DNA of 64,000 bases, taken from the IMG/VR virus record IMGVR_UViG_3300034355_001008; one strand, 5' to 3'. The stretch is from a virus (taxonomy: Duplodnaviria; Heunggongvirae; Uroviricota; Caudoviricetes). The notes beneath the pieces were generated by a model. That model was not told the origin of the DNA. It ran no database searches and worked only from the letters and a program-made list of their open reading frames with translations. Positions 46,801 to 57,708 of this stretch are shown piece by piece. Position numbers and translations under genes: made by a program. Within the stretch, counting starts at the first letter, position 1; the number at the start of each line of letters is the position of its first letter.

Positions 46801-49208
46801 TCAACCAAACCTCACAAATGCCGTATTCGCATTTATTTACCACTACCGCAAGCTATGGTACCGCAAATGGGCTTAGAGTCACAACAGGTGGTTCAAATTT
46901 AACAGTTTTTTCAGCAAGTACAGCGCTAATACAACCAGCTATCACTATATCAAACGGATCTTGGTATCATTTTGCATTAGTTCGTAATGGTACAACGTTA
47001 ACGTTATATCAAAATGGTGTTTCATTAGGATCTACTACCACCTCAATTAGTTTTGTTTCCGATACGTTTATGGTGGGGGGCGATACATCATATCCATATA
47101 ATGGTTATATTGATGATTTTAGGGTAACTAACGGCATCGCTCGTTACACTCAAAACTTCACGCCACCAACTTATCAATTATCAACTGATACTACTGGAAC
47201 TGTAATTGATCCATTAATTGCAAGCACTTCATTGTTATTAAGAGGAAACGGAACTAATGGTAGTACATCGTTTACAGATGAATCGCCTAATAACTTGACT
47301 ATTACTAATAATGGTTCTGTTACTGTTAATACTACTACTAAGAAATATGGTACGGGTAGTATGGCGTTTAGTGGTAGTAATTATTTAAAAAATTCTGGCC
47401 TCGGTTATGTAACAGCGTATGGAACAGCAGATTTTACATTTGAATTTTGGTTTAATTGGTCTAATTCAATCAGTTCAGCTAATCTTATTTTCGATTGCAG
47501 ACCAGACGGTGGTACCGGAAATCATTTTTGTGTATATATTACAAGTGCTAGCATACTACGATTTTTTAGTAATGGCGCTACAGCAATTGAAGGTAGTGGC
47601 ACTATATCTACTAATACTTGGTACCATTTAGCTATTTGTAGAAATAATGGAATCACGAAAATGTTTTTAAATGGAACTCAAACTGGTTCATCATATTCTG
47701 ATTCAAATAATTATACAGGAGTAATTAATGGACCAAGAATTGGCGGTTCTTCTGCTATTAGTGCCGATAGTTTTGTTGGTTACATCGACGATTTCCGTAT
47801 AACCAAAGGCTACGCGCGATATACAGCTAACTTTACTCCACCAACATACGAAGACCCAATCATAACAGGTAATCCAGTTGACTATAATTTTGCTCAAGTC
47901 GCGTTATTAGTAAATGGTAATGGAACCAATGGTAGCACAACGTTTACCGATTCGAGTATCAATAAAACTGCGATTAATGTTACTAATTCGATTACATGCA
48001 ATACGTCCATTAAAAAATTCGGAACTGGGTCCATGTATTATTCTGGAGCAGGTAATTATTTGTCAACAGTTACTTCTGCTGCGTTATTTAATTATGGAAC
48101 TTCCGATCTTACGATAGAAGGATGGTATTATAAACTCGGTACTACTGGTAATGGATTGAATACCTATTTTTCGGCTGGCGCATATACTGATGGTATATTA
48201 TTACGAGAACAAGATGGATTATACATGGGTGGTAGTAATGTTGGTAATGCGGCATTTGAAAGTAATTATTCTACAAATAAATGGTTTCATTTAGCATTCG
48301 TTCGTTTTGGTAATAATATTTCTGTTTATATTAACGGTATTTCTAAGTTATCAATTACTCGATCAACTGCTATAAATCCGGGATCAGCATTAATTTATAT
48401 CGGCGCGGCAGTTCATAATGCAGGTTCAGAAGGATGGTACGGTTATATTGATGATTTTAGAGTAACAAAAGGGCTAGCAAGATATACTGCTAATTTTACT
48501 CCGCAACCATATGAAAATTCAGTTACTCCTGTTATTACGTTAGCTGATTATTATTATGCCAATACTACGCTGCTATTAACTGGAGATAGTGTTGATGGTA
48601 GTAATACGTTTACAGATTTAAGTAGCAGCCATCAAACTATTACAAATATCGGTAATCCTCAAGCCAATACATCTGTTGTAAAATATGGTTTAGGAAGTAT
48701 TTATTTTAACGGTTCTAGCGGCATAAGAACTGCAAATTTAACTTCTACGACGTTAATTGATACTTCTTCTTCGTTTACAGTAGAAGGATGGATTAATATG
48801 CTAGCGACAGGGGAACAAGAAGTAATAGTTATTAACGGAAATGGTAGCGGTAGCGCTGGAATATGTTTAGTTGCTTATGGAACTAGTTTAAAATTTTGGT
48901 ATAATGGATACACGGCTCAAGCTGGGTCAACCGCGACTAGCTTAGGAACTTGGTATCATTTTGCTATAGTTAAATTTGGAACTAATATTAGTTTTTATGT
49001 AAACGGAACATTAGTTTCTTCAACTAATAATCCAACATTTACAGCTGGTACTGCTAATTATGTAGAAATCGGTTCTGTCACATCTGGAGCAACTTGGGAT
49101 GCTAATAGATATTTTACTGGATATTTAGATGACGTTCGTATAACAAAAGGTATAGCTCGTTATACCGGAACGTTTACTCCGCCTACTGCTCCACTACCAA
49201 TATCTTAA
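43890..49208 (+). CDS. giant structural protein with about 8 tandem LamG/concanavalin-A-like repeats (1772 aa)
   Basis: A unit of about 190-200 aa starts …LLL(N/T)G(N)GTNGSTTFTD and ends GYIDDFR(V/I)TKGxARYTxNFTPPT. It is repeated at protein positions ~238, 440, 650, 845, 1040, 1250, 1450 and 1750. Confidence 0.65.
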   Translation: MSVDNIIMAAGSGSSSTAAVSTNSDQYYDNVALLISSNTVIDQYFANVSLLLTGNDLLDKSNYKTTITNSATAVTSNTTIKKFGTGSLDFTTTSRYLTVPNTNMQFGTGDLTVEFWLYYNSATAPTYGTFLDNGGQGVFFSYGDTGSKLLFFNPSYASAAVGFVHNMVNNTWNHIAFVRYGTSGSIYVNGTSIGSVTLSSSANLNGSGSTAYIGAYSGSPGSSYTAAGYIDDFRVTKGLARYTTNFTPPTVSFPTHQIVDSSVYRLPVTTYGNARIDTANKKFGTGAMYFDGSGDYLLIPVASLGTADFTIEGWFNNSAQNTGIFQLLNSSSLPTGGAKPLALGVYTTNVFNLAYSGSDGIYSTGSFTPSIWNHFAVVRYNGVLNVYLNGQPVAGHTNLTDTFNYVNTYCWVGGMFNSGYVYNGYIDDFRITKGVARYTANFPVPTTSLPTIPPTIAADPWWGNVSLLLDGTSVKNDPYWGNVGLLLTGETLADASDQNVPVTNNGAVVTTSKQKYGTSSIQVAYSTGVTVPASVFNFGTTTDFTIEFWVYLNSRTSYSTFCGQWGSTVRFNIMLNTSSNAYMVGIQYINTGGADVFASSGFDSSNLPLQQWNHVAFSRSGSTCKCFINGVGATLSSNPNIAPIGPVGVGNVSDQFSYGIDGYFADFRVTKNVARYISNFTVPDVAFSSTKIADRTQNNLTITPYGNVQLSTDVKKNGTGSMFFDGTGDYIAITPTTNLVLGTSDFTIEGWFYQIAGGTYAHIFTTTASYLTANQLRMTNQSGTTLSVFSGGSTTILTASTSYTQNTWNHFALVRSGTTITLYLNGVSVGSNTSVSTSFVADASWYVGSDSLYNYSWNGYIDDFRVTKGYARYTQNFTPPSQSFATQYLSTGYDPNYVDVTLLLNGNGTNGSTTFTDLSSSPKTITNNGSVTTNTAIKKYGTGSIYFSGTNTLSAGSIVLGTNNFTIEFWFNQTSQMPYSHLFTTTASYGTANGLRVTTGGSNLTVFSASTALIQPAITISNGSWYHFALVRNGTTLTLYQNGVSLGSTTTSISFVSDTFMVGGDTSYPYNGYIDDFRVTNGIARYTQNFTPPTYQLSTDTTGTVIDPLIASTSLLLRGNGTNGSTSFTDESPNNLTITNNGSVTVNTTTKKYGTGSMAFSGSNYLKNSGLGYVTAYGTADFTFEFWFNWSNSISSANLIFDCRPDGGTGNHFCVYITSASILRFFSNGATAIEGSGTISTNTWYHLAICRNNGITKMFLNGTQTGSSYSDSNNYTGVINGPRIGGSSAISADSFVGYIDDFRITKGYARYTANFTPPTYEDPIITGNPVDYNFAQVALLVNGNGTNGSTTFTDSSINKTAINVTNSITCNTSIKKFGTGSMYYSGAGNYLSTVTSAALFNYGTSDLTIEGWYYKLGTTGNGLNTYFSAGAYTDGILLREQDGLYMGGSNVGNAAFESNYSTNKWFHLAFVRFGNNISVYINGISKLSITRSTAINPGSALIYIGAAVHNAGSEGWYGYIDDFRVTKGLARYTANFTPQPYENSVTPVITLADYYYANTTLLLTGDSVDGSNTFTDLSSSHQTITNIGNPQANTSVVKYGLGSIYFNGSSGIRTANLTSTTLIDTSSSFTVEGWINMLATGEQEVIVINGNGSGSAGICLVAYGTSLKFWYNGYTAQAGSTATSLGTWYHFAIVKFGTNISFYVNGTLVSSTNNPTFTAGTANYVEIGSVTSGATWDANRYFTGYLDDVRITKGIARYTGTFTPPTAPLPIS

Positions 49209-49218
49209 GGAATAAATA

Positions 49219-49659
49219 ATGGAAATAGCACAAATAAATAACGATGTAATAATTCAAATTGGCCACTATAAACAAATGTTTCCAAATGTATCTTTTCCAT
49301 CAACTGGACCAGACGAAAGTTTTATGGAAACAAATTCTTGTGTTGGTGTTACAGTATGGAAACCTCACGATAAAATTACGCAGAAATTAGTTTCGTGCGC
49401 TCCATATATTGAGGATAATCAAGTTTTTACCGTAGAAGTTGTTGATAAAACGCAAGAGGATTTAGATTTTGACAACCTAAATACTGCTAATGAAATTCGA
49501 GTAAAACGTAATAATTTGTTAATTGCTTCTGATTGGACTCAAGTTGCTGATGCTCCAGTTGATAAAGTTGCTTGGGCAACTTTTAGACAGGAATTAAGGG
49601 ATATTACTGTTCAGGAGCAATTTCCGTCTACTATTGTTTGGCCAAATACACCAGAATAA
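49219..49659 (+). CDS. putative tail-fibre assembly/chaperone-like protein (paralogue of 57709-58191)
   Basis: C-terminal NLLIASDWTQVADAPVDKVAWATFRQELRDIT compares with LLKDSDWTQVVDATADKTAWLAYRQELRDIT in the paralogue. Resembles the C-termini of Tfa-type fibre assembly proteins. Confidence 0.4.
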   Translation: MEIAQINNDVIIQIGHYKQMFPNVSFPSTGPDESFMETNSCVGVTVWKPHDKITQKLVSCAPYIEDNQVFTVEVVDKTQEDLDFDNLNTANEIRVKRNNLLIASDWTQVADAPVDKVAWATFRQELRDITVQEQFPSTIVWPNTPE

Positions 49660-49668
49660 GGGATACAA

Positions 49669-51546
49669 ATGGCAAAAAGCCTTTCTAATATATTAAAAGC
49701 CGGTAGTGGAACTAATCCACTAGGAATACCGTATGGCGGTACAGGATTAACAACCATTACAGCTAATACTATATTGTTGGGTAATGGAACTGGCGTCATT
49801 CAAACAGTAGCTCCAGGAAATACTGGCAATTTATTAACTTCAAATGGAAATACTTGGGTTTCAAGTGCTCCTCCGATTACTTTACCAACGCAAACTAATA
49901 ATGGTGGAAAATATTTAACAACTGATGGTAGTAACGCATCTTGGGCAAATGTTGTTTCTGGATTGGTTTCGACTTCTATTCAAACAGCGAACGTCAATGC
50001 CTCTGTGAACGATTTAGTTCGCTGTAATACTACGGCTGGGGGTTTTGCTGTAACGTTCCCTGCAAGTCCTGCAGATGGCTCTATTATTGGTATTTTAGAT
50101 ACAGCTAACAAATTCGCTGCAAATAATGTTACAATTTTACCAAATACAGGTAAAACGATTGAAGGCGATTCTACATCAATGATTTTAGACATAAATGGAA
50201 CATATGTTACGTTTATGTATATTTCTTCAACGTCAAATTGGAAATTACAAGAAACCCCTAGACCCCAAACATTAGTCGGCGTTAAAAATATAGTAAATAT
50301 TTCAAATGCTTACACTGTAACTGCTAACGATTTGGGTAAAATTGTTAACTGTACGGCTAATACGTTTACTGTCAGCTTAACAGCCGCTGCAACGTTAGGT
50401 AGTGGGTTTACTTGCACTATTTGGAATACCGGCACAGGTGCGATTACGATTGACCCTAATGCGTCTGAAACAATTGATGGTGTTGCTACACTTGTATTAC
50501 AAAGAGGTGAAGGTTTAGGTGTTATTTGCGATGGAACGAATTGGCAGACAGATGATAAAAAGCCGATGCGGGGGTATGCTGAGAATTTTTCATCTGGAGG
50601 TATAAGACCAATTGCTTCTGGTTCATATTCTGAAAGTTTTGGGCAAGGGTCATCTTCAACAGGCGCGGGAGATTTTTCATTTGGGCATATTGCCAGTGCT
50701 TCTGGTAGCTTCTCAATAGGGATAGGAAACGGTACTTCTGCTACTTCTATATACTCTGCTTCAATAGGTACTAACTCTGGAGGGAACGGCTCAGTCACCG
50801 CCACAGGTGCAGGAGCAATGGCATTAGGCGGTTCTTATGCTAGCGGTACAGATAGTTTCGCAGCGGCTATTGGGAACAATACGAGTAGTTATGGGGCGAC
50901 TGGACTTCATTCTATTTCGTTTATGTATAATTCCAAATCAACTAATAACGATTCTGTTGCGATTGGAAATGGAGCGATCGCTTCTGGAGATAGTGCATAT
51001 GCGGTTGGTAAAGCTGCAACCGCATCTGGAACTGGAGCTTGGGCGACACAATACGGTACAGCTTCTGCTCTATCGTCCGTTACGTTTGGCGGATTATCTG
51101 CACAAATTGGTAAATATACTTATGCAAATGGTTACAATTTTTCTAATGGTATTGCACAATCAGGTAAAATAGTTTTATATGCCATTACGTCCACTACAAC
51201 CGCAGTCATTTTAACGTCTAATGGAAGTGGAGCATCTACGGACAACCAACTTATCGTAGCACCAAGTCAAGCAATGGTATTTTTCGGAACGTTAATTGCC
51301 AAACAATCCGGTTCAAATAATATGGCGGCATATAAAATATCTGGAGCTATCTCGAATAGTGGCGGAACTATTGTATTATCAGCCGTTACAGTTGAAAAAA
51401 TAATAGATAGTATAGGGTTAGGTGTTGAACCAACGTTTACTGCAGATAGTACAAATAAAGCTCTTTCTGTAACATCAGGATATAAATCGGCAACTATTAT
51501 ACGATGGGTAATTAATTTAGATACAGCTGAAGTCACTTTAGTTTAA
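49669..51546 (+). CDS. tail fibre-like protein, paralogue 2 (625 aa)
   Basis: Shares the N-proximal SIQTAN…VRCNTxAGxFxVTFPASPxDGSIIG block and both conserved cassettes with paralogue 1. Confidence 0.65.
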   Translation: MAKSLSNILKAGSGTNPLGIPYGGTGLTTITANTILLGNGTGVIQTVAPGNTGNLLTSNGNTWVSSAPPITLPTQTNNGGKYLTTDGSNASWANVVSGLVSTSIQTANVNASVNDLVRCNTTAGGFAVTFPASPADGSIIGILDTANKFAANNVTILPNTGKTIEGDSTSMILDINGTYVTFMYISSTSNWKLQETPRPQTLVGVKNIVNISNAYTVTANDLGKIVNCTANTFTVSLTAAATLGSGFTCTIWNTGTGAITIDPNASETIDGVATLVLQRGEGLGVICDGTNWQTDDKKPMRGYAENFSSGGIRPIASGSYSESFGQGSSSTGAGDFSFGHIASASGSFSIGIGNGTSATSIYSASIGTNSGGNGSVTATGAGAMALGGSYASGTDSFAAAIGNNTSSYGATGLHSISFMYNSKSTNNDSVAIGNGAIASGDSAYAVGKAATASGTGAWATQYGTASALSSVTFGGLSAQIGKYTYANGYNFSNGIAQSGKIVLYAITSTTTAVILTSNGSGASTDNQLIVAPSQAMVFFGTLIAKQSGSNNMAAYKISGAISNSGGTIVLSAVTVEKIIDSIGLGVEPTFTADSTNKALSVTSGYKSATIIRWVINLDTAEVTLV

Positions 51547-51555
51547 GGAATAATA

Positions 51556-51906
51556 ATGTCAACAATAAAAAATACCAGTGGCGTCTATGAAATTACAGGT
51601 TTAGCTGAAACCAAAGTTGCAATGTCAGCAAGTGCAATAGATTTATCGCTTGGTAATTATTTTAGTAAAACTATTTCCGGAGCGACTACGCTTACTATTT
51701 CAAATACCCCAACAACTGGAACCGTTGCTGAATTTGTATTGGATTTAACTAATGGCGGATCGGCTACAGTTACTTGGTGGTCTGGAGTAAAATGGGTTGG
51801 AGGAACTGCTCCAACTTTAACATCTTCTGGTAGGGATGTGCTTGCATTTTTTACGCATGATGGCGGAACGACTTGGACTGGAGTTGTAAATAAGGATTTT
51901 AAATAA
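51556..51906 (+). CDS. conserved 116-aa protein of fibre module (paralogue of 43540-43893)
   Basis: See 43540-43893. Confidence 0.55.
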   Translation: MSTIKNTSGVYEITGLAETKVAMSASAIDLSLGNYFSKTISGATTLTISNTPTTGTVAEFVLDLTNGGSATVTWWSGVKWVGGTAPTLTSSGRDVLAFFTHDGGTTWTGVVNKDFK

Positions 51907-54900
51907 TGAGCGTTAAAAAAGTCATACAAGGAATGTTAGGCGGAGGAACGTCAAGTTCATCTGTTGCTGCTACTGCTTATAATATAGAAGATCCATATTT
52001 TAATAATGTTAGTTTATTAGTAACTAGCGAAGTTGAAGATCCTAATTGGTCATCAGTTAAGTTATTAATGTCAGGAGAAGATTTATTAGATCATTCTACT
52101 AACGCATACGCATTAACAATGACTAATACTGTATCTGTTAATACTGCATACAATAGATATGGTGCTGGAAGTTTGTATTTTGATGGAACGAGTAAGTTAT
52201 ATAATTATTCAAATTATTTAATAGGTGCTACCGATAATACATTTACTGTTGAGATGTGGGTGTATATGACTGCTGCTCCTTCTGGCACTTATAGTACAGT
52301 TCCTTCTGGAATAGCTCTTAATAGTACTGGAGGTACTCATTATACTTCCTTTGGCGTATTGCCTAATAGAAAGTTGGGTATGTATTATTATCCAGGAACG
52401 AATAGTTATGCTACTACGGTATTAAATCTTAATCAATGGTATCACATAGCTGTTTCTGTATCGAATAATACTATTAAATATTTTATTAATGGAGTACAAG
52501 ATGCTACGGATTTTCCTACTTTAACTAACAGAAGCGGCGATGCTACTGGATTTGAAATTGGGACAAATTCATACACTACATTTACAGGTTACATAGATGA
52601 CCTAAGAGTAACAAATGGAGTTGCTAGATACACTGCTAACTTTACTCCGCCAACTACTTCGTTACCTGGATACATTACAGATAAATCGAATCTGAATAAT
52701 TCGTTTACTGTTAAAGGTAATACTGCAATTAATACCACAACTAAAAAATATGGTAATAGTTCTGTATATTTTGATGGTACAAATAGCTATGTTACTGTAC
52801 CGCACAGACAAGATTTGGAATTTGGTAGTGCTGATTTTACTGTAGAATGGTGGATGAATTGTACAGCAGTAAGAACGCAGGGCATTTATGTTAAAGGTTA
52901 TCACAATATACAAATAGGGATATATAACACGACATTACAAGTAAACGATTCATATGAAAGAGTCATAGGATACAGTAATTCCTCATTTGTAACTAATGTG
53001 TGGTATCATGTTGCTGTTGTTAGGCAAGGTAACATGATTCACATTTACATAAATGGTAATTTAGATAACTCGTTAACGTGCACTGGCACTGATGTATTTA
53101 CAGGAACAGATCCAGTTTGTATCGGGGCTGATAATTCAGTTGGTATATCTGGATATTTTAGTGGATATATCGACGATTTGCGTGTAACATCAGGAATCGC
53201 TAGATACACTGGACCATTTACTCCTCCTATTGAAGGATTATCAACTACTGTCCCAACTACTGATCCGTATTTTAATAATGTAACTTTACTTTTAAATGGA
53301 GATACAGAAGATGTAGATCCATATTGGTCAAGCGTTTCGTTATTATTGTCAGGCGATGGCGCTAATACTAGCACTACATTTACAGATTCATCTACTAATA
53401 ATTTATCAATTACTAATAGTAGCACCGTTTCCATTAACGCATCAATTAAGAAATATGGAACTGGTAGTATGTATTTTGATGGAGCTGGTAATGTTTTAAC
53501 AGTTAGTAATTTTCCAGTTCTTGGAACTGGAGATTTTACAATTGAAACTTGGGTATATAAAATTTCTGGTTCAAATAATGGATTTTTGCAGTTATTAAGC
53601 TCTACTACGTGGCCAAGTACAAGTAGCCCGTTAGCATTAGGGCATTATACTGGTGGTGGATCTTGGTTAGTTGATTGTGGCGGATCTGGGCAAAAATACT
53701 CATCATTAACAGTTTCTAATAATACTTGGTATCATGTTGCATTAGTTAGAAGTTCTGGTGTAACGAAATTTTATGTAAATGGGGTTTATGATAGTAGTAT
53801 TGGAGCAATAACAGATACTACCAATTACACATATACTTATTTGGGTATAGGTGCATATTGGACAACATCTTACAGTTGGAATGGATATTTAGACGATATT
53901 AGAGTGACCAAAGGCATAGCTCGTTATACGGCTAACTTTACTCCGCCAACTGCTAGATTACCATCATTACAAGTTTATGATAAATCTAATAAATTAGTTC
54001 CAATAACTCCATATGGTAATGCTAGGATTAATTCTTCTACTGTAAAATATAATACTGGTTCAATATATTTTGATGGAACAGACGATCGTATTATTATAAA
54101 TTCGTCTACGATATTAACTGGTGATTTTACTATAGAAGCTTGGGTAAACAGATCAACGTTATCGGATAATCGAGTATTAGCTGGTTCTGGTAGTACTGGA
54201 TGGGTGGGTTGGAATAACAATACTACATTTTTTGTAGAAACTCTCACTGAAAATGGTACATTTACGATAGCCAATACTACAGATTTATGGGCGCATTATG
54301 CTATAGTGCGGAGTTCTGGAGTAATTAGAGTTTTCGTTAATGGCGTTATGGCATCACAATCAATAACAAATTCCACAGGAACATTAACGATTGCTCAAAT
54401 TAACGGACAAGGTAACGGGTATTTGTTTACAGGTTACATTGACGATTTTAGAATCACTAAAGGAGTAGCTAGATACACAGCAACATTTACTCCACCAGCT
54501 AGAGCGTTACCAACATTATTAGATCAAAATATAGATCCATATTACGATAAAGTGGGGTTATTATTAAGCGGCGATCCATATGACGATCCATTTTATTCTA
54601 ATGTTAAATTGTTAATGAATGGTAATGATTTACTCGATAAATCTCCTTCACCAGTAACGCTTACAACAAACGGTAGCGTTGCAGTAACTGCAAATACTAG
54701 AATATCTGGCTCAGGAAGCATATATTTTGACGGTTCTAGTTATCTGTCGCTTTCATTAAGCACAACCGCCGCATTTACTTTTGAGTGTTGGTTTTATCGA
54801 ACAGCAGCAGTATCAAGCGCAAGTTTTAATTTTTTTATAGGTACTTCTGGAACGGGTATTGCATTTTATAATAATGGTTCAACTATTAGAGTTGGTAGTC

Positions 54901-57701
54901 AAGCATTTACCGTGCCAGACTTAATTAACCAATGGGTACATTTAGCCGTCACCAGAGATTCTTCTAATAATATTCGAGTATTCTTTAATGGAATTGAATC
55001 AATAACTGGCACTTTAAATGAAGCAGGTACATTTGGTTGGACTAGAATTGGTGCATACAATACTATGTATTTTTTCCAAGGATATATGGATGATATTAGG
55101 CTTACTAATGATGTCGTTAGATACACCTCAAATTTCGTTCCTCCTACCTCATTATCGTTTAATAATATATCAGATAAATCGCAATATGCTAATACAGTTA
55201 TATTAACTGGCGATACCAAAGTTGATACAAATGTAAAAAAATATGGATATGGGTCGATATATTTTGATGGTGCAGGTGATAAATTACAAGTTTCTAGAGA
55301 TAATATTAATTTAAGTTTCGGGGATTTTACATACGAATCCTGGATTTATCCAACTAATTCTTCTGGAGCCGGTACACTAATAACAACTGGAGCGGATTTA
55401 TCAGCTTACTATGACTGGTTTAATATATGGCAAGTTGGTACAAGCATTAGATTATATATTAACGGAACTACTGGCGGATGGAATATAGCAGGTGGAACAA
55501 ACGTAGCTGGTGTAACGGTAAATGCTTGGAATCATATAGCATTCGTTAGATATGGAATTAATTTTTATTTATTTATAAATGGCGAACAAAAATGGACGAC
55601 TACGTCATCTGAAAATTTAAACGGTAATACTCCATTCAATAACATTTATATTGGGGGTTCAGCTAGCGGTTCTGTACCATATACTGGTTACATGGATGAC
55701 ATTCGTATCACAAAAGGTGTCGCTAGATATATAACTAATTTTACTCCACCCAGAAGATCTTTGCCAACTGCAGGTTTACCAACTATTACCACAAATTATG
55801 TGGATGATGTATTTAATGTGTATGCTTATGCTGGAACTAGCGCAAAAAATGATATTAAAACTGGAATCAATTTAACTAACGAAGGAGGTTTAGTTTGGAT
55901 TAAATCTAGAGATAATTCTATTTTTGGCGGTAATTCTTTGTATGATACAGTAAGAGGCAAACAATATCTTTTAAGTTGTTCTGGTGATGGATCGCAAGTG
56001 GCTACAAGTGCTCAAGTTAATACATACGACGGAACAAATAACTTCCTTTCGTTTAATTCAGATGGATTTTCTTTAGGAGCAGATTCTTGGTATTACAAAA
56101 ATAATAGCGGGAATTCTTATGTAGCTTGGACTTTTAAACGAGCTCGTAAGTTTTTTGATGTAGTGACAACAACAAACGGTGGTAATGTAACAATAACCCA
56201 CTCTCTTGGAACAGCTCCTGGAATGATTTTAGCAAAACGTATAGATTCTTCTGAAAACTGGTGGGTATATCACCGAGGTTTTGCCAATACCGACTTAGCA
56301 AATTGTGACCTATTAAAGTTGAATCTGACAGATGCAGTAGTAACAGGAAACGGCACATTTGGTAATGTTACAGCTTCAAACTTTTTCTTTAGAGGAAATT
56401 CAGGTGGTGCTTACGTTTTTTATTTATTCGCCCACGATCCGTCAGCAGATGGAATTATCCAGTGCGGGTCTTTTACTGCGTCAAACGATTTGGTTATAAA
56501 CCTTGGTTGGGAACCACAGTTTATAATGGTAAAAAGGACTAATGGTACAGGGGATTGGGAAATATTAGATACGACCCGTGGTTGGAAATGGGGCAATAAC
56601 TACGATTCGGCGGTAGCTAAGGTGTTGTGCGCTAACCTTTATGGAACTGAATCTGCTGAAAAATCCGCAGCATCATCTATATCACCATACAGCTCTGGGT
56701 TTAGGATTCCTGGTTATGGTGGCTGGAGCGCCGATTTCATTTATATGGCAATCCGTCGCCCAAACAAGCCGCCTACAACGGGGACGCAGGTGTTTAGTCC
56801 TGTTGCTAGAACAAATACTGGAGCTGCTACTACGGTTTCCTCTGGGTTTCCTGTAGATACAGTAATACATGGTAGAAGAGCATCTGGTGGTTTATATTGG
56901 ATGAATCGGATAACTGGAAATTCTTTATATATGAATTCTAGCTCTGCAGCAGTTGAAGCAACTACATATACTGGATTTGATTCATCTACAGGAATAAAAT
57001 TGGATTCTTCCAATTTTAACGATACACCTTTTGTTGATTATTTTTTTAAACGTGCGCCTGGATTTTTTGATGTGGTTTGTTGGACTGGAACTGGATCAAC
57101 TCCTACTATATATCATAAATTAGGGGTAACTCCGGAAATGATTATTATTAAGTCAAGAACTAATGATACGATTGTTGGTAATAATTGGTTGACGTGGGTT
57201 GCTGGGTTAAAAAATGGAAATTATGTAAACCTTTCAACCGGAGGAAACTGGCCGATGGCGATATCGTTAAATTCTAACGGTGACATGGGAACGTATAATG
57301 GTTGGATGACAGTAAATAACACTACGAACATTCAACCTACATATCATTACAGCACCGGAGTTAACTATATCGCTTATTTTTTCGCTTCTTGCGCCGGAGT
57401 AAGTAAAATCGGTTCTTATACAGGAAATGGTGGAACTCAAACAATTAATTGCGGTTTTGCATCTGGAGCTAGGTTCGTTCTCATTAAACGAACAAACTCT
57501 ACAGGTGATTGGTATGTATGGGATTCCGCTAGAGGTATTGTTGGAGCTAACGACCCGCATTTATCTTTTAACACATCGTCAGCGGAAGTAACAACTGACG
57601 ATTCGGTAGATCCACATAGTAGCGGTTTTACTGTTAATCAGCTTGCAGCTACAAATATAAACGTATTAAATGCATCTTACATTTTCTTAGCAATAGCATA
57701 G
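51906..57701 (+). CDS. giant structural protein with about 9 LamG-like repeats plus a distinct ~650-aa C-terminal region containing three internal repeats of ~230 aa (1931 aa)
   Basis: Same GYIDD(L/F)R(V/I)T(K/N)GxARYTxNFTPPT repeat ends as 43890-49208. The C-terminus has three copies of a …FFDVV…TGxG…I.H.LG…P..I..K…W.V… unit. Confidence 0.65.
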   Translation: MSVKKVIQGMLGGGTSSSSVAATAYNIEDPYFNNVSLLVTSEVEDPNWSSVKLLMSGEDLLDHSTNAYALTMTNTVSVNTAYNRYGAGSLYFDGTSKLYNYSNYLIGATDNTFTVEMWVYMTAAPSGTYSTVPSGIALNSTGGTHYTSFGVLPNRKLGMYYYPGTNSYATTVLNLNQWYHIAVSVSNNTIKYFINGVQDATDFPTLTNRSGDATGFEIGTNSYTTFTGYIDDLRVTNGVARYTANFTPPTTSLPGYITDKSNLNNSFTVKGNTAINTTTKKYGNSSVYFDGTNSYVTVPHRQDLEFGSADFTVEWWMNCTAVRTQGIYVKGYHNIQIGIYNTTLQVNDSYERVIGYSNSSFVTNVWYHVAVVRQGNMIHIYINGNLDNSLTCTGTDVFTGTDPVCIGADNSVGISGYFSGYIDDLRVTSGIARYTGPFTPPIEGLSTTVPTTDPYFNNVTLLLNGDTEDVDPYWSSVSLLLSGDGANTSTTFTDSSTNNLSITNSSTVSINASIKKYGTGSMYFDGAGNVLTVSNFPVLGTGDFTIETWVYKISGSNNGFLQLLSSTTWPSTSSPLALGHYTGGGSWLVDCGGSGQKYSSLTVSNNTWYHVALVRSSGVTKFYVNGVYDSSIGAITDTTNYTYTYLGIGAYWTTSYSWNGYLDDIRVTKGIARYTANFTPPTARLPSLQVYDKSNKLVPITPYGNARINSSTVKYNTGSIYFDGTDDRIIINSSTILTGDFTIEAWVNRSTLSDNRVLAGSGSTGWVGWNNNTTFFVETLTENGTFTIANTTDLWAHYAIVRSSGVIRVFVNGVMASQSITNSTGTLTIAQINGQGNGYLFTGYIDDFRITKGVARYTATFTPPARALPTLLDQNIDPYYDKVGLLLSGDPYDDPFYSNVKLLMNGNDLLDKSPSPVTLTTNGSVAVTANTRISGSGSIYFDGSSYLSLSLSTTAAFTFECWFYRTAAVSSASFNFFIGTSGTGIAFYNNGSTIRVGSQAFTVPDLINQWVHLAVTRDSSNNIRVFFNGIESITGTLNEAGTFGWTRIGAYNTMYFFQGYMDDIRLTNDVVRYTSNFVPPTSLSFNNISDKSQYANTVILTGDTKVDTNVKKYGYGSIYFDGAGDKLQVSRDNINLSFGDFTYESWIYPTNSSGAGTLITTGADLSAYYDWFNIWQVGTSIRLYINGTTGGWNIAGGTNVAGVTVNAWNHIAFVRYGINFYLFINGEQKWTTTSSENLNGNTPFNNIYIGGSASGSVPYTGYMDDIRITKGVARYITNFTPPRRSLPTAGLPTITTNYVDDVFNVYAYAGTSAKNDIKTGINLTNEGGLVWIKSRDNSIFGGNSLYDTVRGKQYLLSCSGDGSQVATSAQVNTYDGTNNFLSFNSDGFSLGADSWYYKNNSGNSYVAWTFKRARKFFDVVTTTNGGNVTITHSLGTAPGMILAKRIDSSENWWVYHRGFANTDLANCDLLKLNLTDAVVTGNGTFGNVTASNFFFRGNSGGAYVFYLFAHDPSADGIIQCGSFTASNDLVINLGWEPQFIMVKRTNGTGDWEILDTTRGWKWGNNYDSAVAKVLCANLYGTESAEKSAASSISPYSSGFRIPGYGGWSADFIYMAIRRPNKPPTTGTQVFSPVARTNTGAATTVSSGFPVDTVIHGRRASGGLYWMNRITGNSLYMNSSSAAVEATTYTGFDSSTGIKLDSSNFNDTPFVDYFFKRAPGFFDVVCWTGTGSTPTIYHKLGVTPEMIIIKSRTNDTIVGNNWLTWVAGLKNGNYVNLSTGGNWPMAISLNSNGDMGTYNGWMTVNNTTNIQPTYHYSTGVNYIAYFFASCAGVSKIGSYTGNGGTQTINCGFASGARFVLIKRTNSTGDWYVWDSARGIVGANDPHLSFNTSSAEVTTDDSVDPHSSGFTVNQLAATNINVLNASYIFLAIA

Positions 57702-57708
57702 GTTAAAT

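Noticed and set aside
43001-57560. Numerous 60-160-aa - strand and alternate-frame ORFs inside the fibre and giant protein genes (for example 43293-43754, 50310-50804, 53045-53434, 54899-55219, 58108-58767, 59793-60119)
   Set aside because: All are fully embedded in much longer + strand ORFs with clear repeat and paralogue structure. They are stop-poor antisense frames, an artefact of Gly/Ser/Thr/Ala-rich coding.
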